DNA of 64,000 nt from Spirochaetia bacterium (GTDB lineage: Bacteria > Spirochaetota > Spirochaetia > DSM-2461), in assembly GCA_963668315.1 (NCBI GenBank), contig OY764216.1:2496001-2560000 (forward strand), given 5' to 3'. Made by a program: the position numbers and the translations under genes. The notes below the pieces were generated by a model. The model saw only the letters and a list, made by a program, of their open reading frames with translations. It had not been told where the DNA came from and did no database searches. This document shows positions 58,995 through 64,000 of the stretch, piece after piece; the first letter of the stretch is position 1, and each line of letters opens with the position of its first letter.

Positions 58995-60347
58995 ATGATT
59001 GAGAAATATTTGAATTCGGTGGGAATGACCGAACCTATCAAATACGAGGGACACATAACCAAAGTCCAGGGCGTGCTGATCGAGAGTCTCGGTCCTCAGG
59101 CCATGGTGGGCGAGCTTTGTCATATCCATGTGGATAACAACGATACGGACATCGCCGCCGAGGTTGTTTCTCTCAAGGATCATCATGTCCAGCTCATGGT
59201 TTACGGAGAGAAAACGGGGATCGAGGTGGGGTGCAAGGTCCGGGCCACCGGCCAGCTCCTGAACGTGAAAGTCGGTCCCGAACTTCTGGGCCGGGTCATC
59301 AACGCCCTGGGCGATCCGGTCGACGGCCGGGGACCTGTCCGGGCCGAAGAAAAGTACCCCCTGAACGCCACCCCTCCCGATCCCATGACACGGCCCATGA
59401 TCCATGAGCAGCTGGAAACGGGGATACGGGTCATCGATTCCCTCGTTTCCGTGGGCAAGGGTCAGAGAATGGGGATCTTCGCCGGTTCGGGGGTGGGTAA
59501 ATCCACCGTTCTGGGGATGATAGCCCGGAACACGGCGGCCGATATCAATGTCATCGCCCTTATCGGCGAGCGGGGCAGGGAAGTGCGGGAGTTTCTTGAG
59601 AACGATCTGGGCGAAGAGGGGCTCAAACGGTCGGTCATCGTGGTATCCACCAGCGATTCTCCCGCCCTGGCCCGTATCCAGGGAGCCTTCGCCGCCACGG
59701 CCATTGCGGAATATTTCCGCGATCAGGGAAAGGACGTGATGCTCCTTTTCGATTCGGTCACCCGTTTCGCCATGGCCCAGAGAGAAGTGGGGCTGGCCAT
59801 AGGGGAACCTCCCTCCACCAGAAGCTATCCCCCCTCTGTTTTCACCCAGCTGCCCCGTCTTCTGGAAAGAACGGGAACGAGCAGCAAGGGCACCATCACG
59901 GGATTCTATACCATCCTCGTGGAAGGCGACGATATGGACGAACCCATCTCCGATGCGGTGAGGGGTATTCTGGACGGCCACCTCGTCCTCTCGCGGGCTC
60001 TGGCGAACCGGTACCACTATCCCGCCGTGGATGTTCTCTCCTCCGTCTCCCGTCTGACCAACAAGATCGTCTCTACCAAAATCCTGGAAAGCATCGGTAT
60101 CATCCGCAATCTCATGGCAGTCTACCATGAGAAGGAGGACCTGATAAGCCTGGGCGCCTATGTGAAAGGGTCGAGTCCCGAGGTGGACAAGGCCATCGCG
60201 AAGCACGATATGATCAATAATTTTCTCCGTCAGGCCATAAAGGAGAAGACCCCGCTCAAGGAAGTCTTCCGGCAGCTGGGACAGATCGCCGACAATCCCA
60301 TGAGCGAAGAGGAGCTGGAGAATGAAGTCCTTTCAATTCTCGCTTGA
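58995..60347 (+). CDS. fliI: Flagellum-specific ATPase FliI
   Basis: GQRMGIFAGSGVGKS, GERGREV, DSVTRFAMAQRE, LDGH; start at 58995 after GGAGG. Confidence 0.97.
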   Translation: MIEKYLNSVGMTEPIKYEGHITKVQGVLIESLGPQAMVGELCHIHVDNNDTDIAAEVVSLKDHHVQLMVYGEKTGIEVGCKVRATGQLLNVKVGPELLGRVINALGDPVDGRGPVRAEEKYPLNATPPDPMTRPMIHEQLETGIRVIDSLVSVGKGQRMGIFAGSGVGKSTVLGMIARNTAADINVIALIGERGREVREFLENDLGEEGLKRSVIVVSTSDSPALARIQGAFAATAIAEYFRDQGKDVMLLFDSVTRFAMAQREVGLAIGEPPSTRSYPPSVFTQLPRLLERTGTSSKGTITGFYTILVEGDDMDEPISDAVRGILDGHLVLSRALANRYHYPAVDVLSSVSRLTNKIVSTKILESIGIIRNLMAVYHEKEDLISLGAYVKGSSPEVDKAIAKHDMINNFLRQAIKEKTPLKEVFRQLGQIADNPMSEEELENEVLSILA

Positions 60348-60756
60348 GAAAGTCCTGGAGTACCGGCGTGATATCGAAGAGGAGTGGGAAATCCAGCTGG
60401 GCCGGGTCAACGGTGAGTATAATAAGATTCTGGCCGATATCGAGGAGATTGACAGAAGCGCCCGGAGTGCCCTGGACGGTATGTCGGCGGCTCCCGGGGA
60501 AGAAACCCATGCCTGGGGACTATACCGGTGGCGCCTGGAATCGCGCAAAACCCAGCTTCTCAGCGCCCTGGCCGCCAAGGAAGTGGAGAGGACGAGAATC
60601 CGGAATAAATTCCTGGAAGCGTCCCGGGACAGGAAAATCATCAGCCGCCTGAAGGAAAAGAAATTGGAAGAGTATAAAAAGTATCTGAACAAGGAAGAAA
60701 TTAAAAGACTCGATGACTTAAGTGCCGCCAAAGCGGCGAGGGAGGCGGCAATATGA
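60322..60756 (+). CDS. fliJ: Flagellar export protein FliJ
   Basis: F.FSLEKVL.YR, coiled coil, E.K.LDD; follows fliI. Confidence 0.88.
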   Translation: MKSFQFSLEKVLEYRRDIEEEWEIQLGRVNGEYNKILADIEEIDRSARSALDGMSAAPGEETHAWGLYRWRLESRKTQLLSALAAKEVERTRIRNKFLEASRDRKIISRLKEKKLEEYKKYLNKEEIKRLDDLSAAKAAREAAI

Positions 60757-61370
60757 GTCGGGCCGGCGGTATTTTCAAAGTGATTTTTCTTTTGCTTCTT
60801 TTGGCTGTCGTCGTGGTCGGCGGCATTCTCTGGTTTGATTACCTGGGTATTCTTGATTCACACAAACCCCTTGAGCTGATTCTGAATGTGATGGGCATTG
60901 AGCCGGAAGAGCCGCCCGCCGCCGAAATCGACAGTCCCTGGCTTCTTGATGAGGAGAGACTGAAGAAACGTCAGCAGGCTGTCGATCTGCAGCTCGAAGA
61001 GATCCGTATGGCCCAGGAAGAACAGCAGGTCAGGTCCAATGAGCTGCTTCAGTGGTCGGAGGAACTCACCGAAAGAGAAAAAGCTGTGGATGAAAAAGAA
61101 AATTCCCTAAATGAGGCCCTCGAAATGTACGACAATAAAAATGCGAACCTGGAGCAAATGGCTAAATATCTGGGCGGCATGCAGCCTGCTGCCGCCGTGG
61201 GTATCATGGACCAGATGGACAGTCTTGACGTTGTCGACGTATTGAGAACATCGGAAAGACTGGCTCAGGAAGCGGGAGAGGCTTCCCTGGTGGCCTTCTG
61301 GATTTCCCAGATGACGCCGGACCGGGCCGCCGAGATACAAAGGCTAATGACCAGAGACGCGGAGGAATAG
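60753..61370 (+). CDS. flbB: Periplasmic flagellar collar protein FlbB
   Basis: TM then WFDYLG, coiled coil, MQPAAAV..M, S.VA.W.S.M.P.RAA. Confidence 0.88.
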   Translation: MSRAGGIFKVIFLLLLLAVVVVGGILWFDYLGILDSHKPLELILNVMGIEPEEPPAAEIDSPWLLDEERLKKRQQAVDLQLEEIRMAQEEQQVRSNELLQWSEELTEREKAVDEKENSLNEALEMYDNKNANLEQMAKYLGGMQPAAAVGIMDQMDSLDVVDVLRTSERLAQEAGEASLVAFWISQMTPDRAAEIQRLMTRDAEE

Positions 61371-61389
61371 ACTTCCTCCAGGAGGTGCT

Positions 61390-62790
61390 ATGACAGCTGT
61401 ACAAGGAATGGAGATGCTTCCCCTGAGGGAAAGCGCGCCCGATTCCTCCGTTGAAGTTAAGAAAAAGGGAGAACCCTCTCCCTTTGACAAGCTGCTGGCT
61501 AAGGATGAAGCCGACAGCCCTGAGGCCGCCTCCGCCGGCAAAGACCCTTCGGCCCGTAAAGCCGAAAGACCCGATCGGAATATCAAGCCCGCCCGGGCGG
61601 AAGAACCGGTCCAGTCCAAAAGCTATTCCCTGGGTAAAATCGCCGACCTGCTTAAGAAAGGGCAGGAAGAGGGCCTGATTGATACCCGTTCCCGACCTGA
61701 TTTTTCCCTTTTGGACAAAAAGAATGTATCCTTCGAATTCTCCCCTGAGCGACTTAACGGCCGTTTCAAGGGACTCGCTGCCGTACAGAATATATCAAAG
61801 TCATCTTCGGACGGCAGTGATGAAATGACTCTCATTTCACGGTTTCTCAAAGGGGAACTCTCCCCCGAAGAGCTGGATGAACTGGTGGCCCTGGAGGGAA
61901 AGGGAGACAGGGAAAATCTGCTCTTTTCTCTGCCCGAGGATAAGTTCGGGATAAGGGATATCCCCTCTGATGAGGACGGTAGCGGCGAGGACCAGCTTCT
62001 GAAGGGAATTCTGACCGAAGACGGCGAACTTATCTACTTTGAGGAGGTCCCCGGAGACAAGATCCTTCAGACGGAAAAGGGAAAATCGGCCCATCTGTCC
62101 AAGGGGGAAGGGAAAGCCAACCAGGTCCAGATAGAGATTAACGTCTCCGATCTGCGGACCGTCAGCGCCGAACAGGGGGCTGCCGCCGCCGCGCTCCAGG
62201 AAAAAGTTTCCCATATCAGAGAAGCCGGCAGCGGCCATGGCGATAGGGACTCGGTCGATGATCTGCTCGCGGGACCGGGGGAAAAACTGTTTTCCGCCGA
62301 AGGGGCGGGCGGCCGGTTCGAAGCTCCGGTGACGAAGGAAGTCTCCCGGCTTTTCCGCGACTATATGAATGAAACGGGCAACAAGGAACTGGTCAGGAAG
62401 ATCGATTTTATCCTCAAGAACGATAACCAGGGGGAAATCAAGCTGATTCTGAAGCCCGAGGCCCTGGGTAATGTGAGAATTAATCTTTCTTTGAACGAAA
62501 ACCATATAGCCGGGAAAATAATTGTCGACAATAGTAGTGTGAGGGATATTTTCCTCAACAATATGGACCAGCTGACATCCCTGCTTAAAAACAACGGTTA
62601 CGAAACGGCTTCCCTGGAAGTCTGGGTCGGCCAGGACGGCCGCAACGGTAATCAGCAGGAACAGGGTGAAGACCGGGAAGAGGAGAAACGCCTCCGTTCG
62701 GTCAAAGGACTGGAACGACTGGACGAGAGTGTCCCCCAGACGGCCTATGCCGAGGGATCGGACATGGGCCAGGTAAACTTGGTAATTTAG
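61390..62790 (+). CDS. fliK: Flagellar hook-length control protein FliK
   Basis: Low-complexity N-terminus; C-terminal GEIKLILKPEALGNV; precedes flgD. Confidence 0.9.
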   Translation: MTAVQGMEMLPLRESAPDSSVEVKKKGEPSPFDKLLAKDEADSPEAASAGKDPSARKAERPDRNIKPARAEEPVQSKSYSLGKIADLLKKGQEEGLIDTRSRPDFSLLDKKNVSFEFSPERLNGRFKGLAAVQNISKSSSDGSDEMTLISRFLKGELSPEELDELVALEGKGDRENLLFSLPEDKFGIRDIPSDEDGSGEDQLLKGILTEDGELIYFEEVPGDKILQTEKGKSAHLSKGEGKANQVQIEINVSDLRTVSAEQGAAAAALQEKVSHIREAGSGHGDRDSVDDLLAGPGEKLFSAEGAGGRFEAPVTKEVSRLFRDYMNETGNKELVRKIDFILKNDNQGEIKLILKPEALGNVRINLSLNENHIAGKIIVDNSSVRDIFLNNMDQLTSLLKNNGYETASLEVWVGQDGRNGNQQEQGEDREEEKRLRSVKGLERLDESVPQTAYAEGSDMGQVNLVI

Positions 62791-62802
62791 GAGAGAAGCG
62801 GT

Positions 62803-63267
62803 ATGTTTGAATCCAACAACGTATCCAACCAGATGAATTCGGCGCAGAAAGCCATTCTCGATCAGACGGTTAATTCGTTTAACAAGACCCTGAATGACGG
62901 AAAGGTGAAGTCCTCCGAGCTGGGAAAGGATGATTTTCTGAAGATCCTCATCACCCAGCTCCAGAATCAGGACCCCACCAAACCCATGGAAGACAAGGAA
63001 TTCATCTCCCAGATGGCCCAGTTCTCCTCCCTGGAGCAGATGACCAATATGAATCAGGCTTTCGGGGACATGGCAAACAGGCTGAGCGCTTCTTCGGCCA
63101 TGAATTTTCTCGGCCGGACGGTCCAGTACCAGGAAGGGGAAAACACCATGACCGGAACGGTGGATGCCGTCACCGGAGGGGATTACCCCCAGCTGCTGGT
63201 CAACGGCCGCTATTTTGATATGAACGACGTGCTTCAGGTAAGCAACACGATAGAGGATAAGGAGTAG
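62803..63267 (+). CDS. flgD: Flagellar hook capping protein FlgD
   Basis: LGKDDFLKILITQLQNQDP..P....FISQMAQFSSLEQ. Confidence 0.97.
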   Translation: MFESNNVSNQMNSAQKAILDQTVNSFNKTLNDGKVKSSELGKDDFLKILITQLQNQDPTKPMEDKEFISQMAQFSSLEQMTNMNQAFGDMANRLSASSAMNFLGRTVQYQEGENTMTGTVDAVTGGDYPQLLVNGRYFDMNDVLQVSNTIEDKE

Positions 63268-63273
63268 AGCCCT

Positions 63274-64000
63274 ATGATGCGATCATTATATTCCGGTGTT
63301 TCCGGACTTCAGAATCATCAGACCAGAATGGATGTTGTGGGAAACAACATCTCCAATGTGAACACGATCGGTTTCAAAAAGGGCCGCGTCAACTTCCAGG
63401 ACATGATATCCCAGATGCAGGCGGGAGCCGCCCGTCCCACCGAGGAGATCGGCGGTGTGAACCCCAAGCAGGTCGGACTCGGTGTTCAGGTGGCCACCAT
63501 CGACACCATCCATACCCAGGGTTCCCTCCAGACCACCGGCGTTACCTCCGACCTGGCCATTCAGGGCAACGGTTTCTTCATCATGAGAAAGGGCGACCAG
63601 GAGTTTTATACCCGTGCCGGCGCTTTCGGGCTTGACGCCGACGGCATGCTGGTCAATCCGGCCAACGGTCTCCGCGTACAGGGCTGGCAGGCCCAGGACA
63701 TCAACGGCGAGACGATCATTCAGACCGCTGCCGATGTGCAGGACATCATGATACCCATCGGAAGCAAGGATCCCGCCCGGGCCACCAGCGATGTGGACCT
63801 GGCCTGTAACCTGGACAAGCGGCTGCCCGAAGTAACCGCCGATTCCAGTCCCGCCGATGTTCTGAAAGGGACCTGGGCGCTGGACAAGAAAATCTATGAC
63901 AGCTTCGGAGAAGAGCACACCATGCGTGTCCAGTTCACTAAGGTGAACGGGGTGAACAACCAGTGGGATGTCTCCGTCTATGTCGACCCGGAAGTGAACG
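63274..64000 (+). CDS. flgE: Flagellar hook protein FlgE (3'-truncated by the window; absent from the ORF track)
   Basis: Translated by hand: [35 protein letters not shown]...[10 protein letters not shown]...YTRAG. Confidence 0.96.
   Translation, partial: MMRSLYSGVSGLQNHQTRMDVVGNNISNVNTIGFKKGRVNFQDMISQMQAGAARPTEEIGGVNPKQVGLGVQVATIDTIHTQGSLQTTGVTSDLAIQGNGFFIMRKGDQEFYTRAGAFGLDADGMLVNPANGLRVQGWQAQDINGETIIQTAADVQDIMIPIGSKDPARATSDVDLACNLDKRLPEVTADSSPADVLKGTWALDKKIYDSFGEEHTMRVQFTKVNGVNNQWDVSVYVDPEVN

Noticed and set aside
63286..63918. 210-aa minus-strand ORF in the track
   Set aside because: It is antisense to flgE, which the track missed because flgE has no stop inside the window.

Overview
This 64 kb window is chromosomal DNA from a flagellated spirochaete (Spirochaetia, probably free-living). 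The assignment rests on FlbB, a FlgE with the K165/C178 pair, and the mraZ...ftsZ-xerD-TPR-dprA-xerC-hslVU-flgB gene order. The left ~39 kb is accessory and metabolic: an ion-transport cluster (MscS, an SthK-like cyclic-nucleotide-gated channel with an extra C-terminal FN3-like domain, a YrbG/CaCA exchanger); a glycine cleavage system split into gcvT and gcvH-PA-PB; and, between those halves, an AT-rich HAD gene, a LacI-controlled GH127/ABC sugar locus and a two-component-regulated TolC-MFP-RND-PII-like operon. Further on are an MFS-HEAT fusion with an internally deleted Nudix pseudogene, a hemerythrin / RsbT-like kinase / atypical [FeFe]-hydrogenase-like module, an orphan soluble histidine kinase and a second RND pump. 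The right ~24.5 kb is the conserved division-flagellar superoperon, running off the end within flgE. I saw no rRNA, tRNA, CRISPR array, IS or prophage. The best candidates for an undescribed system are the CNG-FN3 channel plus Ca/cation exchanger operon and the hemerythrin-kinase-hydrogenase-like sensing module. Both functional interpretations are inference. All calls come from motif recognition by eye; no database searches were run.
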